Shown: positions 1 to 13,934 of the stretch, in pieces
Numbering within the stretch: position 1 is the stretch's first letter
Layout of the letters: each line of letters opens with the position of its first letter
DNA from: Eledone cirrhosa
Lineage: Eukaryota
Direction of reading: 5' to 3'
Assembly (NCBI GenBank): GCA_964016885.1
Contig: OZ024741.1
Span: 315,394,001-315,458,000, forward strand
DNA: 64,000 nucleotides
Notes under the pieces: model-generated
Database searches by the model: none
What the model saw: the letters and a program-made list of their open reading frames with translations, nothing else
What the model was told of the DNA's origin: nothing
Translations under genes and position numbers: made by a program

Positions 1-265
1 CATAGTAGTTTTCTATGTCGAGTTGCAGGAAGCGAGTGTGGTGTTTATCGGGTAATTCTTGGAACCATGAAATTGCCTCAGATGTTCTACTCCAGAGTGG
101 AAGTGGTGAGGCCGCCCGCAATAATGGTAGAACTCTATCCAGGATCTTCTTACTGATAGAGCCGATGTCAGAGCGAGTGGGGTTGATAAGTCTGACTGAT
201 GGTTTGTTGAGGAAGTTTCCCTTATGGTCCTTCAGGGTAAAGTGCGGGGTCTTTACCCTTAAAGG
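1..265 (-). mobile_element. Penelope-like element RT fragment, inverted copy running off the left edge
   Basis: The minus strand reads PLRVKTPHFTLKDHKGNFLNKPSVRLINPTRSDIGSISKKILDR...WFQELPDKHHTRFLQLDIENYY, an N-terminal PLE RT motif. Bases 1-66 are the reverse complement of 289-354. Confidence 0.85.
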
Positions 266-288
266 TTCGGTTCGGTCATGTAATTTAA

Positions 289-1721
289 GGTTCCAAGAAT
301 TACCCGATAAACACCACACTCGCTTCCTGCAACTCGACATAGAAAACTACTATGCCTCTATCTCGGAGCCCCTCCTGAAGGACGCAATTAACTTTGCCAG
401 GAACTTTACCACCATTACCGATGCCGAGCAAGTTATTATCCTCCACGCTCGTAAGACCTTTCTATACCACGATGGATCTTACTGGATCAACAAGAAATCT
501 CAGACCCCATTTGACGTTAGCATGGGGGCGAGTGACTCGGCTGAAATTAGCGACCTTGTGGGCCTGTACATCCTACATAACCTGAAGAACCTCTTTACCG
601 GCCTTACTGGAGGTTTATACCGAGACGACGGCCTCTTCGCCCTGCATAAGGTTAGCCCCAGAACCACCGATGGGTTTCGGAAAAACTTAAGCTCTTTCTT
701 CTCTAATCTAGGACTTAGTATAACTATAGATTCTAATTTGACTAGGGCCAACTTCTTAGATGTCACTCTCGACCTAGATACTTCCCTCTATTACCCGTAC
801 CACAAACCTAACGAGTCCCTTAAATATATTAATGTTAATTCAAACCACCCCCAAAACATTACTGATAACCTAGTAAAAAGCGTCTCTATTAGAATATCTG
901 GCCTCTCCGCCAACAAAGATATTTTTAATGCATCTGCCTCCTACTACAATGACGCCCTAGCCCGTAGCGGATTTAAAGATAAGATAACTTACCTAGAAAC
1001 CACCGCAAAATTGCAGAGGAGGAATAGACATAGGCAGATTAGCTGGTACAACCCTCCCTTCAATAGAGAGGTATCTACTCCGATAGCTAGGATTTTCTTC
1101 ACTTTACTGAAATTACACTTCCCCATACAACATAGGTACTACACCATCTTTAATAAGAACACTATAAGACTGTCTTACTCCACCACACCTAACCTAGCTA
1201 GGAATATAGCCAACCACAACTCTAAACTAAATAAGCCAACCACCTCCGAAACCAATCCCCGGACTGGGGCTCTATGTAATTGCCTAAATAAGGAAACATG
1301 CCCACTAGAAAACAAATGCCTCACAAACGACATCGTATACAAATGCGATGTCATCTCGGGCACCGAGGATTGCAAAAAAACTTACATCGGCATGACCTCC
1401 AACACCTTTAAGACCCGCTGGTATGCCCATACCCACTCCTTCAGAAGACCGGATAAATCAAACCAAACAACACTCGCCTCCTACGTTTGGGACCTCAAAA
1501 GGAACTCCACCCCCTTCACGCTTAATTGGAAAATACTCCAGAAAGCGCGCTCTTACGACGGAGGACACAAGGGCTGCGACCTTTGTATTTCAGAGAGTTA
1601 CGAAATTTTATTCGCCAAGGGCCCGCTACTGAACAAACTCTCTGAACACTGCCCGAACTGCATGCACAAGAACTTTGCAACATTCAAACACTTTAAGCCA
1701 GTGTTAAAGCCCGATGGCTAA
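289..1721 (+). CDS. Penelope-like retroelement RT + GIY-YIG endonuclease (5'-truncated; the first ~90 aa of ORF 15..1721 are artefact from the inverted copy)
   Basis: RT motifs LDIENYY, VSMGA, LYRDDG and FLDVTL; PYHKP thumb region; Cys linker CNC...CPL...C; GIY-YIG-type VYK...TYIGMT...FKTRWYAH; CDLCISE. Confidence 0.9.
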
Positions 1722-1854
1722 AAACGACCTCCCCCTATTGGCCCCTATACCTCCTCCCCACCCTACCCCCACCCCTCCTCAACCTGTAATACGGCCACTA
1801 TGGTCATGTGAGTACCTCTTTTGTATCTACTTTTTCTGCCTGTAGAGGTGTCTT

Positions 1855-1986
1855 TATGTGCCTGTGTATATGCGTATATTTATTGAGTACCTATTTACTT
1901 GTATGTGTATATATTTGTTTGTATATGTGTATATGTGTATGTGTTGTGTGTGTATATATATGTGTATGTGTATGTATGTGTATATA

Positions 1987-2061
<75 letters not shown>

Positions 2062-2112
2062 TTATATTTATATATATATATATATATATATATGAGTGTG
2101 TGTATGTATGTA

Positions 2113-2147
<35 letters not shown>

Positions 2148-2265
2148 GTTTGTGTGAATACGTGTTTTATGTGTGTATATTTATGCAGGTATATGTTTGT
2201 ATGTGTCTGTATATATGTATGTATGTATGTATGTGTGTGTATGTATGTATATGTATGTGTGTGTG

Positions 2266-2342
<77 letters not shown>

Positions 2343-2424
2343 GTATGTATATGTATATGTATATGTATATATTTGTGTATGCGTATGTGTATGTATGTAT
2401 GTATTTGTATGTGTCTGTGTATAT

Positions 2425-2470
<46 letters not shown>

Positions 2471-2543
2471 GCATGAGAGAGAGAATGTGTGTGTGTCTGT
2501 ATATATATTTTGTGTGTGGGTGTGTGTATGAGTGTATGCACGC

Positions 2544-2605
<62 letters not shown>

Positions 2606-2629
2606 ATGTGTGTGTGTATGCGTGTGTGT

Positions 2630-2675
<46 letters not shown>

Positions 2676-2809
2676 ATGTATATGTATGTGTGTGTATATG
2701 TGCGTTATATCTCTGTATATATATGTGTATATTTATGCATAGGTCTGCGTATGCATGTGTATGTTTGTGTATGTAGGGATATATATATGTGTGTATATGT
2801 ATGTGTATA

Positions 2810-2870
<61 letters not shown>

Positions 2871-2963
2871 TTGTATATGTGTGTGTATAGAGGGATATAT
2901 ATATATATGTATATGTGTGTGTGTATGTGTGTGTATGTGTGTATATGTATATATGTGTATATA

Positions 2964-3026
<63 letters not shown>

Positions 3027-3063
3027 GTATGTGTATATGCGTGTGTATGTATGTGTGTATATG

Positions 3064-3146
<83 letters not shown>

Positions 3147-3158
3147 GTATATATATGC

Positions 3159-3202
<44 letters not shown>

Positions 3203-3263
3203 GTATGTATGTGTGTGTGTGTGTGTATGTGTGTATATATATGTGTGTATATATATGTGTATA

Positions 3264-3359
<96 letters not shown>

Positions 3360-3660
3360 GTGTGCGTATGTATATGTGTATATGTATTTTATATATTTTA
3401 TATATGTATGTTTGTATGTATGTGTGTATGTATGTGCGTGTACATGAATATATATTTGTATATATTTATATATTTTTTTTATATATATATGTGTGTGTGT
3501 TTTTATGTGTGTATATGTGTTTATGTGTGTGTTTATGGTTGCGCGTAAGTGTGTGAGTGAGTATGTGTGTTTTTTTGTGTTTTTTTAGGTGTGGTTTTTT
3601 TTGTTTTTCTGTTTTTTTGTTTTTTGGGTTTTTTTTGTTTTTTTGTGAATGTGTCTGTTG
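1855..3660. repeat. Compound (TA)n/(TG)n/(TATG)n microsatellite field with a T-rich end
   Basis: Directly visible. All YI/CV/HT ORFs here are artefacts. Confidence 0.97.
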
Positions 3661-4159
3661 ATTTGGCATATTGTTGATTAGTTTAAGAGAAGTTCGAAGA
3701 TAATAGTAAGATATGCACTCAGTATTTTGAATCTGTCTGCAGAATTCCCTAGACCTTTGTCACTTAGCAGAACTTAATGACTTTAGCTTTTAAAGAATCT
3801 CCCTTTTCTTTAATTCTATCGAGCATGAATGACCCCCCACTGATTTTATAGACATCTGCTAGCTTAAGAGAAACTTATTGACAAGGAATGGTATGCCTTC
3901 CGGAACCTGTTTATAGAATTCTGTCTGCCTTTGTTACTCTAAAAACATAAATAAATATAAATTAACTATAGCTATGTAGAATTAGCTTTTAATGAATTCC
4001 CTTCTCTATCAACCAATGACCTGCACCCATCCCACTCCCCACCCTCTCCTACCACTTGTAGAGACCTATAAATACCATATTTATTTTTTGATACCCAGAT
4101 TCCTGATGATTTCTAATGAATGAAACAGTTCTAGTCCTGTAGAATCTCATCTATATTAA

Positions 4160-4160
<1 letters not shown>
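3661..4160 (+). mobile_element. Penelope-like pseudo-LTR segment with hammerhead ribozyme
   Basis: Near-identical to 4937-5255, contains a hammerhead at 4097-4147 and ends at a (TA)n tract. Confidence 0.7.
4097..4147 (+). ncRNA. Type I hammerhead ribozyme
   Basis: agattc-CTGATGA-t ttc taat gaa t-GAAA-cag ttctagtc ctg-TA-gaatct. Stem I agattc/gaatct, stem III cag/ctg, GUA cleavage triplet. Confidence 0.85.
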
Positions 4161-4201
<41 letters not shown>

Positions 4202-4469
4202 GGAAAAAATGAAACAAGATTCCATTTGTCACTCTTAGTACGGCTGTTACTTAAATATAGGTATGTATACGTACATACATATATGTATACAGATGTACAG
4301 TAGTATGTATATATATATACTTACATGCACACATATATATATATATGTACGTATGGATTCACCGAACATTTATTATAATGCTCGGTGTGTTTGTAAACAA
4401 ATATCCCGAATTAAGCCGTACAGTGTCTAGCAACCATCGTTGCTCATTTGTTCAACCCTGACAAAGCAA

Positions 4470-4510
4470 CGCTGTACTAGTTTCAAGCTTATTAGCTATC
4501 GTCAGCAACG
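4470..4510 (-). ncRNA. Minimal type I hammerhead ribozyme (array unit 1)
   Basis: Minus strand: cgttg-CTGACGA-t agct aata agct t-GAAA-ctag-TA-cagcg. Confidence 0.85.
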
Positions 4511-4756
4511 TATACGTTCCTGCCAGATGATTGAACTTCAGAAAATATATAATTTCCTGATGCATATTAACGGCTGAGCAGCCTAATTTGATTATCAAGT
4601 GAGTTATATCGACTGGGGTACCGAAAACGATAAAAGGAAAAAATGAAACGAAATTTCATTTTTCATTCTTAGTACGGCTGTCACTTAAATATAGGTATGT
4701 ATACGTACATAAATATATGTATATAGACGTGCAGTAGTATGCATATATATATATGA

Positions 4757-4792
<36 letters not shown>

Positions 4793-4804
4793 TTAATATA
4801 GATG

Positions 4805-4855
4805 AGATTCTACAGGACTAGAACTGTTTCATTCTTTAGAAATCATCAGGAATCT
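4805..4855 (-). ncRNA. Type I hammerhead ribozyme (same family as 4097-4147)
   Basis: Minus strand: agattc CTGATGA tttctaaagaat GAAA cag ttctagtc ctg TA gaatct. Confidence 0.85.
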
Positions 4856-5192
4856 GGGTATCAAAAAATAAATATGGTATTTATAGGTCTCTACAAGTGG
4901 TAGGAGAGGGTGGGGAGTGGGATGGGTGTAGGTCATAGAATCTCCCTTTCCTTTAATTCTATCTACCATGACTGACCCCCCACTGATCTTATAGACATCT
5001 GTTAGCTTAAGAGAAACTTAATGACAAGGAATGGTATGCCATCCGGAACCTGTTTATAGAATTCTGTCTGCCTTTGTTACTCTAAAAATAAAAATAAACT
5101 ATAGTTTTGTAGAATTAGCTTTTAATGAATTCCCTTTTCTATCAACTAATGACCTACACCCATCCCACTCCCCACCCTCTCCTGCCACTTGT

Positions 5193-5243
5193 AGATTCCT
5201 GATGATTTCTAAAGAATGAAACAGTTCTAGTCCTATAGAATCT
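5193..5243 (+). ncRNA. Type I hammerhead ribozyme with a stem III mismatch
   Basis: Same core as 4097-4147, but ctgTA has become ctaTA, breaking the first C-G pair of stem III. Confidence 0.7.
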
Positions 5244-5326
5244 CATCTATATTAAAACTTTTATACTCTGCAATGTATTGAGTACCTTACTTACTGTGGT
5301 TACCTCCGATTCAACCCGGAATAACG

Positions 5327-5365
<39 letters not shown>

Positions 5366-5511
5366 AACATACACACATATCTATATATGTACGTATGGAT
5401 GCACCGAACGTTTATTATAATGCTCGGAATGTTTGTAAAGAAACATCCCGAAATAAGCCGTACCGTGTCTAGCAACCATCGTTGCACATTTGTTCAACCC
5501 TGACAAAGGAA

Positions 5512-5552
5512 CGCTGTACTAGTTTCAAGCTTATTAGCTATCGTCAGCAACG
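5512..5552 (-). ncRNA. Minimal type I hammerhead ribozyme (representative consensus array unit)
   Basis: Stem I cgttg/cagcg, CUGACGA core, stem II agct/agct with aata loop, GAAA, palindromic ACUAGU stem III, GUA cleavage site. Confidence 0.87.
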
Positions 5553-8115
5553 TATACCTTCCTGCCAGATGATTGAACGTCTGAAAGTATATACATTCCT
5601 TATGCATATTAACGGCTGAGCAGACTGATTTGCATATCGAGTGAGTTAATCGGCCGGGGTACCGAAAGCGATAAACGGAAAAAATGAAACAAAATTTCAT
5701 TTTTCACTCTTAGTTCGGTTGTTACTTAATTATAAGTATGTATTGGTACATACATATATGTATACAGACGTACAGTAGTATGTATATATATATACATAAT
5801 TGCACACATATATATATGTATATATATGTACGTATGGATTCACCGAAAATTTATTATAATGCTAGGTGTGTTTGTAAAGAAACATCCCGAATTAAGACGT
5901 ACAGTGTCTAGCAACCATCGTTGCTCATTTGTTCAACCCTGACAAAGCAACGCTGTACTAGTTTCAAGCTTATTAGCTATCGTCAGCAACGTATACCTTC
6001 CTGCCAGATGATTGAACGTCTGAAAGTATATACTTTCCTTATGCCTATTAACGGCTGAGCAGCCTAATTTGCATATCGAGTGAGTTAATCGGCCGGGGTA
6101 CCGAAAGCGATAAACGGAAAAAATGAAACAAAATTTCATTTCTCACTCTTAGTTCGGTTGTTACTTAAATATAAGTATGTATTGGTACATACATATATGT
6201 ATACAGACGTACAGTAGTATGTATATATATATACACATACATGCACACATATACATATATGTACGTATGGATTCACCGAACATTTATTATAATGCTCGGT
6301 GTGTTTGTAAACAAACATCCCGTATTAAGCCGTACAGTGTCTAGCAAGCATCGTTGATCATTTATTCAACCCTGACAAAGGAACGCTATACTAGTTTCGA
6401 GCTCATTAGCTATCGTCAGCAACGTATACGTTCCTACCAGATGATTGAACGTCTGAAATTATATACTTTCCTTATGCATATTAACGGCTGAGCAGCCTAA
6501 TTTGCATATCGAGTGAGTTAATCGGCCGGGGTACCGAAAACGATAAACGGAAAAAATGAAACAAAATTTCATTTCTCACTCTTAGTACGGCTGTTACTTA
6601 AATATATGTATGTATAGGTACATACATATATGTATACAGACGTACAGTAGTATGTATATATATATACATAATTGCACACATATATATATGTATATATATG
6701 TACGTATGGATTCACCGAAAATTTATTATAATGCTAGGTGTGTTTGTAAAGAAACATCCCGAATTAAGACGTACAGTGTCTAGCAACCATCGTTGCTCAT
6801 TTGTTCAACCCTGACAAAGCAACGCTGTACTAGTTTTAAGCTTATTAGCTATCGTCAGCAACGTATACCTTCCTGCCAGATGATTGAACGTCTGAAAGTA
6901 TATACTTTCCTTATGCCTATTAACGGCTGAGCAGCCTAATTTGCATATCGAGTGAGTTAATCGGCCGGGGTACCGAAAGCGATAAACGGAAAAAATGAAA
7001 CAAAATTTCATTTCTCACTCTTAGTTCGGTTGTTACTTAAATATAAGTATGTATTGGTACATACATATATGTATACAGACGTACAGTAGTATGTATATAT
7101 ATATACACATACATGCACACATATACATATATGTACGTATGGCTTCACCGAACATTTATTATAATGCTCGGTGTGTTTGTAAAAAAAACATCCCGTATTA
7201 AGCCGTACAGTGTCTAGCAAGCATCGTTGATCATTTATTCAACCTTGACAAAGGAACGCTATACTAGTTTCAAGCTCATTAGCTATCGTCAGCAACGTAT
7301 TCCTTCCTACCAGATGATTGAACGTCTGAAATTATATAATTTCCTTATGCATATTAACGGCTGAGCAGCCTAATTTGCATATCGAGTGAGTTAATCGGCC
7401 GGGGTACCGAAAACGATAAACGGAAAAAATGAAACAAAATTTCATTTCTCACTCTTAGTACGGCTGTTACTTAAATATAAGTATGTATAGGTACATACAT
7501 ATATGTATACAGACGTACAGTAGTATGTATATATATATACATAATTGCACACATATATATTTGTACGTATGGATTCACCGATCATTTATTATAATGATCG
7601 GTGTGTTTGTAAACAAACATCCCGAATTAAGCCGTACAGTGTCTAGTAACCACCGTTGCTCATTTGTTCAACCCTGACAAAGGAACGCTGTACTAGTTTC
7701 AAGCTTATTAGCTATCGTCAGTAACGTATATCTTCCTGCCAGATGATTGAATGTCTGAAAGTATATATTTTCCTTATGCATATTAACGGCTGAGCAGCCT
7801 AACTTTCATATCGAGTGAGTTATATCGGCCGGGGCACCGAAAACGTTAAACGGATAAAATGAAACAAAATTTCATTTCTCACTCTTAGTACGGCTGTTAC
7901 TTAAATATAAGTATGTATACGTACATACATATTTGTATAGAGACGTAAAGTAGTATGTATATATATATACATAATTGCACACATATATATATGTACGTAT
8001 CGATTCAACGAACATTTATTATAATGCTCGGTGTGTTTGTAAACAAACATCCCGAATTAAGCCGTACAGTGTCTAACAACCATCGTTGCTCATTTGTTGA
8101 ACCCTGACAAAGGAA

Positions 8116-8156
8116 CGCTGTACTAGTTTCAAGCTTATTAGCTATCGTCAGCAACG
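8116..8156 (-). ncRNA. Minimal type I hammerhead ribozyme (consensus unit within the 1292-bp trimer)
   Basis: Identical to the consensus motif and repeated at 9408-9448. Confidence 0.87.
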
Positions 8157-10539
8157 TATACCTTCCTGCCAGATGATTGAACGTCTGAAAGTATATACTT
8201 TCCTTATGCCTATTAACGGCTGAGCAGCCTAATTTGCATATCGAGTGAGTTAATCGGCCGGGGTACCGAAAGTGATAAACGGAAAAAATGAAACAAAATT
8301 TCATTTCTCACTCTTAGTTCGGTTGTTACTTAAATATAAGTATGTATTGGTACATACATATATGTATACAGACGTACAGTAGTATGTATATATATATACA
8401 CATACATGCACACATATACATATATGTACGTATGGCTTCACCGAACATTTATTATAATGCTCGGTGTGTTTGTAAACAAACATCCCGTATTAAGCCGTAC
8501 AGTGTCTAGCAAGCATCGTTGATCATTTGTTGAACCCTGACAAAGGAACGCTGTACTAGTTTCAAGCTTATTAGCTATCGTCAGCAACGTATTCCTTCCT
8601 ACCAGATGATTGAACGTCTGAAATTATATAATTTCCTTATGCATATTAACGGCTGAGCCGCCTAATTTGCATATCGAGTGAGTTAATCGGCCGGGGTACC
8701 GAAAACGATAAACGGAAAAAATGAAACAAAATTTCATTTCTCACTCTTAGTACGGCTGTTACTTAAATATAAGTATGTATAGGTACATACATATATGTAT
8801 ACAGACGTACAGTAGTATGTATATATATATACATAATTGCACACATATATATATGTACGTATGGATTCACCGAACATTTATTATAATGCTCGGTGTGTTT
8901 GTAAACAAACATCCCGAATTAAGCCGTACAGTGTCTAGTAACCACCGTTGCTCATTTGTTCAACCCTGACAAAGGAACGCTGTACTAGTTTCAAGCTTAT
9001 TAGCTATCGTCAGTAACGTATATCTTCCTGCCAGATGATTGAATGTCTGAAAGTATATATTTTCCTTATGCATATTAACGGCTGAGCAGCCTAACTTTCA
9101 TATCGAGTGAGTTATATCGGCCGGGGCACCGAAAACGTTAAACGGATAAAATGAAACAAAATTTCATTTCTCACTCTTAGTACGGCTGTTACTTAAATAT
9201 AAGTATGTATACGTACATACATATTTGTATAGAGACGTAAAGTAGTATGTATATATATATACATAATTGCACACATATATATATGTACGTATCGATTCAA
9301 CGAACATTTATTATAATGCTCGGTGTGTTTGTAAACAAACATCCCGAATTAAGCCGTACAGTGTCTAACAACCATCGTTGCTCATTTGTTGAACCCTGAC
9401 AAAGGAACGCTGTACTAGTTTCAAGCTTATTAGCTATCGTCAGCAACGTATACCTTCCTGCCAGATGATTGAACGTCTGAAAGTATATACTTTCCTTATG
9501 CCTATTAACGGCTGAGCAGCCTAATTTGCATATCGAGTGAGTTAATCGGCCGGGGTACCGAAAGTGATAAACGGAAAAAATGAAACAAAATTTCATTTCT
9601 CACTCTTAGTTCGGTTGTTACTTAAATATAAGTATGTATTGGTACATACATATATGTATACAGACGTACAGTAGTATGTATATATATATACACATACATG
9701 CACACATATACATATATGTACGTATGGCTTCACCGAACATTTATTATAATGCTCGGTGTGTTTGTAAACAAACATCCCGTATTAAGCCGTACAGTGTCTA
9801 GCAAGCATCGTTGATCATTTGTTGAACCCTGACAAAGGAACGCTGTACTAGTTTCAAGCTTATTAGCTATCGTCAGCAACGTATTCCTTCCTACCAGATG
9901 ATTGAACGTCTGAAATTATATAATTTCCTTATGCATATTAACGGCTGAGCCGCCTAATTTGCATATCGAGTGAGTTAATCGGCCGGGGTACCGAAAACGA
10001 TAAACGGAAAAAATGAAACAAAATTTCATTTCTCACTCTTAGTACGGCTGTTACTTAAATATAAGTATGTATAGGTACATACATATATGTATACAGACGT
10101 ACAGTAGTATGTATATATATATACATAATTGCACACATATATATATGTACGTATGGATTCACCGAACATTTATTATAATGCTCGGTGTGTTTGTAAACAA
10201 ACATCCCGAATTAAGCCGTACAGTGTCTAGTAACCACCGTTGCTCATTTGTTCAACCCTGACAAAGGAACGCTGTACTAGTTTCAAGCTTATTAGCTATC
10301 GTCAGTAACGTATATCTTCCTGCCAGATGATTGAATGTCTGAAAGTATATATTTTCCTTATGCATATTAACGGCTGAGCAGCCTAACTTTCATATCGAGT
10401 GAGTTATATCGGCCGGGGCACCGAAAACGTTAAACGGATAAAATGAAACAAAATTTCATTTCTCACTCTTAGTACGGCTGTTACTTAAATATAAGTATGT
10501 ATACGTACATACATATATGTATACAGACGTAAAGTAGTA

Positions 10540-10605
<66 letters not shown>

Positions 10606-11442
10606 CATGCACACATATATATATATGTACGTATGGATACACAGGACATTTATTATAATGCTCGGTATGTTTGTAAATAAGCCGTACAGTGTCTAGCAAC
10701 CATCGTTGCTCATTTGTTCAACCCTGTCAAAGGAACGCTGTATTAGTTTCAAGCTTATTAGCTATCGTTAGCATCGTATACCTTCCTGCCAGATGATTGA
10801 ACGTCTGAAAGTATATACTTTCCTCATGCATATTAACGGCTGAGCAGCCTAATTTGCATATCGAGTGAGTTATCGGCCGGGGTACTGAAAACGATAAACG
10901 GATAAAATGAAACAAAATTTCATTTCTCACTCGTAGTACGGCTGTTACTTAAATATGAGTATATATACGTACATACATATATGTATACAGATGTACAGTA
11001 GTATGCATATATATATATACACATACATGCACACATATATATATATATATACTTATGGATTCACCGAACATTTATTATAATGCTCGCTGTGTTTGTAAAC
11101 AAACATCCCGAAATAAGCCGTACAGTGTCTAGCAACCATCGTTGCTCATTTGTTCAACCCTGACAAAGGAACGCTGTACTAGTTTCAAGCTTATTAGCTA
11201 TCGTCAGCAACGTATACCTTCCTGCGAGATGATTGAACCTCTGAAAGTATATACTTTCGTTATGCATATTAACGGCTGAGCAGCCTAATTTGCATATCGA
11301 GTGAGTTAATCGGCCGGAGTACCGAAAACGATAAACGGATAAAATGAAACAAAATTTCATTTCTCGCTCTTAGTACGGCAGTTACTTAAATATAAGTATG
11401 TATACGTACATACATATATGTATACAGACGGACAGTAGTACT

Positions 11443-11628
<186 letters not shown>

Positions 11629-12043
11629 CATGCACGCACATATATATATATGTACGTATGGATGCACCGAACATTTATTATAATGCTCGGTGTGTTTGTA
11701 AACAAACATCTCGAATTAAGCCTTACCGTGTCTAGCAACCATCGTTGCTCATTTGTTCAACCCTGACAAAGGAACGCTGTACTAGTTTCAAGCTTATTAG
11801 CTATCGTCAGCATCGTATACCTTCCTGCCAGATGATTGAACGTCTGAAAGTATATACTTTCCTTATGCATATTAACGGCTGAGCAGCCTAATTTGCATAT
11901 CGAGTGAGTTAATCGGCCGGGGTACCGAAAACGATAGACGGAAAAAATGAAACAAAATTTCATTTCTCACTCTTAGTACGGCTGTTACTTAAATATAAGT
12001 ATGTATACGTACATACATATATGTATACAGACGTACTGTAGTA

Positions 12044-12095
<52 letters not shown>

Positions 12096-13361
12096 CATGC
12101 ACATATATATATATATGTACTTATGGATTCACCGTACATTTATTATAATGCTCGCTGTGTTTGTAAACAAACATCCCGAAATAAGCCGTACAGTGTCTAG
12201 CAACCATCGTTGCCCATTTGTTCAATCCTGACAAAGAACGCTGTACTAGTTTCAAGCTTATTAGCTATCGTTAGCATCGTATACCTTCTTGCCAGACGAT
12301 TGAACGTCTGAAAGTATATACTTTCCTTATGCATATTAACGGCTGAGCAGCCTAATTTGCATATCGAGTGAGTTAATCGGCCGGGTACGGAAAACGATAA
12401 ACGGATAAAATGAAACAAAATTTCATTTCTCACTCTTAGTACGGCTGTTACTTAAATATAAGTATGTATAGGTACATACATATATGTATACAGACGTACA
12501 GTAATATGTATATATATATACATAATTGCACACATATATATATGTACGTATGCATTCACCGAACATTTATTATAATGCTCGGTATGTTTGTAAACAAACA
12601 TCTCGAAATAAGCTGTACAGTGTCTAGCAACCATCGTTTCTCATTTGTTCAACCCTGACAAAGGAACGCTGTACTAGTTTCAAGCTTATTAGCTATCGTC
12701 AGCAACGTATAACTTCCTGCCAGATGATTGAACGTCTGAAAGTATATACTTTCGTTATGCATATTAATTGCTGAGCAGCCTAATTTGCATATCGAGTGAG
12801 TTAATCGGCCGGGGTACCGGAAACGATAGACGGAAAAAATGAAACATAATTTCATTTCTCACTCTCAGTACGGCTGTTACTTAAATAGAAGTATGTATAG
12901 GTACATACATATATGTATACAGACGTACAGTAATATGTATGTATATATACATAATTGCACACATATATATATGTACGTATGGATTCACCGAACATTTATT
13001 ATAATGCTCGCTGTGTTTGTAAACAAACATCCCGAATTAAGCCGTACAGTGTCTAGCAACCATCGTTGCTCATTTGTTCAACCCTGACAAAGAACGCTGT
13101 ACTAGTTTCAAGCTTATTAGCTATCGTTACCATCGTATACCTTCTTGCCAGATGATTGAACGTCTGAAATATATACTTTCCTTATGCATATTAACGACTG
13201 AGCAGCCTAATTTGCATATCGAGTAAGTTAATTGGCCGGGGTACGGAAAACGATAAACTTATAAACTGAAACAAATTTCATTTCTCACTCTTAGTACGGC
13301 TGTTACCTAAATATAAGTATGTATACGTACATACATATATGTATACAGACGTACAGTAGTA

Positions 13362-13460
<99 letters not shown>

Positions 13461-13515
13461 GTGAGCTTTTTTTTACAAAATGAAAAATAACCGAGGTGTC
13501 CTACACGAGTGAAAG

Positions 13516-13934
<419 letters not shown>

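Larger units (their letters stand above)
4790..5330. mobile_element. Head-to-head inverted Penelope-like pseudo-LTR pair inserted in the (TA)n tract of an array unit
   Basis: 4790-4936 is the reverse complement of the 3' part of 3661-4160, and 4937-5255 is a direct copy. The array unit resumes after the TA run at ~5365. Confidence 0.8.

Noticed and set aside
15-288. N-terminus of the 568-aa ORF
   Set aside because: It is the antisense of an inverted RT copy, not a real protein N-terminus.
1808-3669. Many long ORFs rich in YI/CV/HT
   Set aside because: They are translations of dinucleotide microsatellites that lack stop codons.
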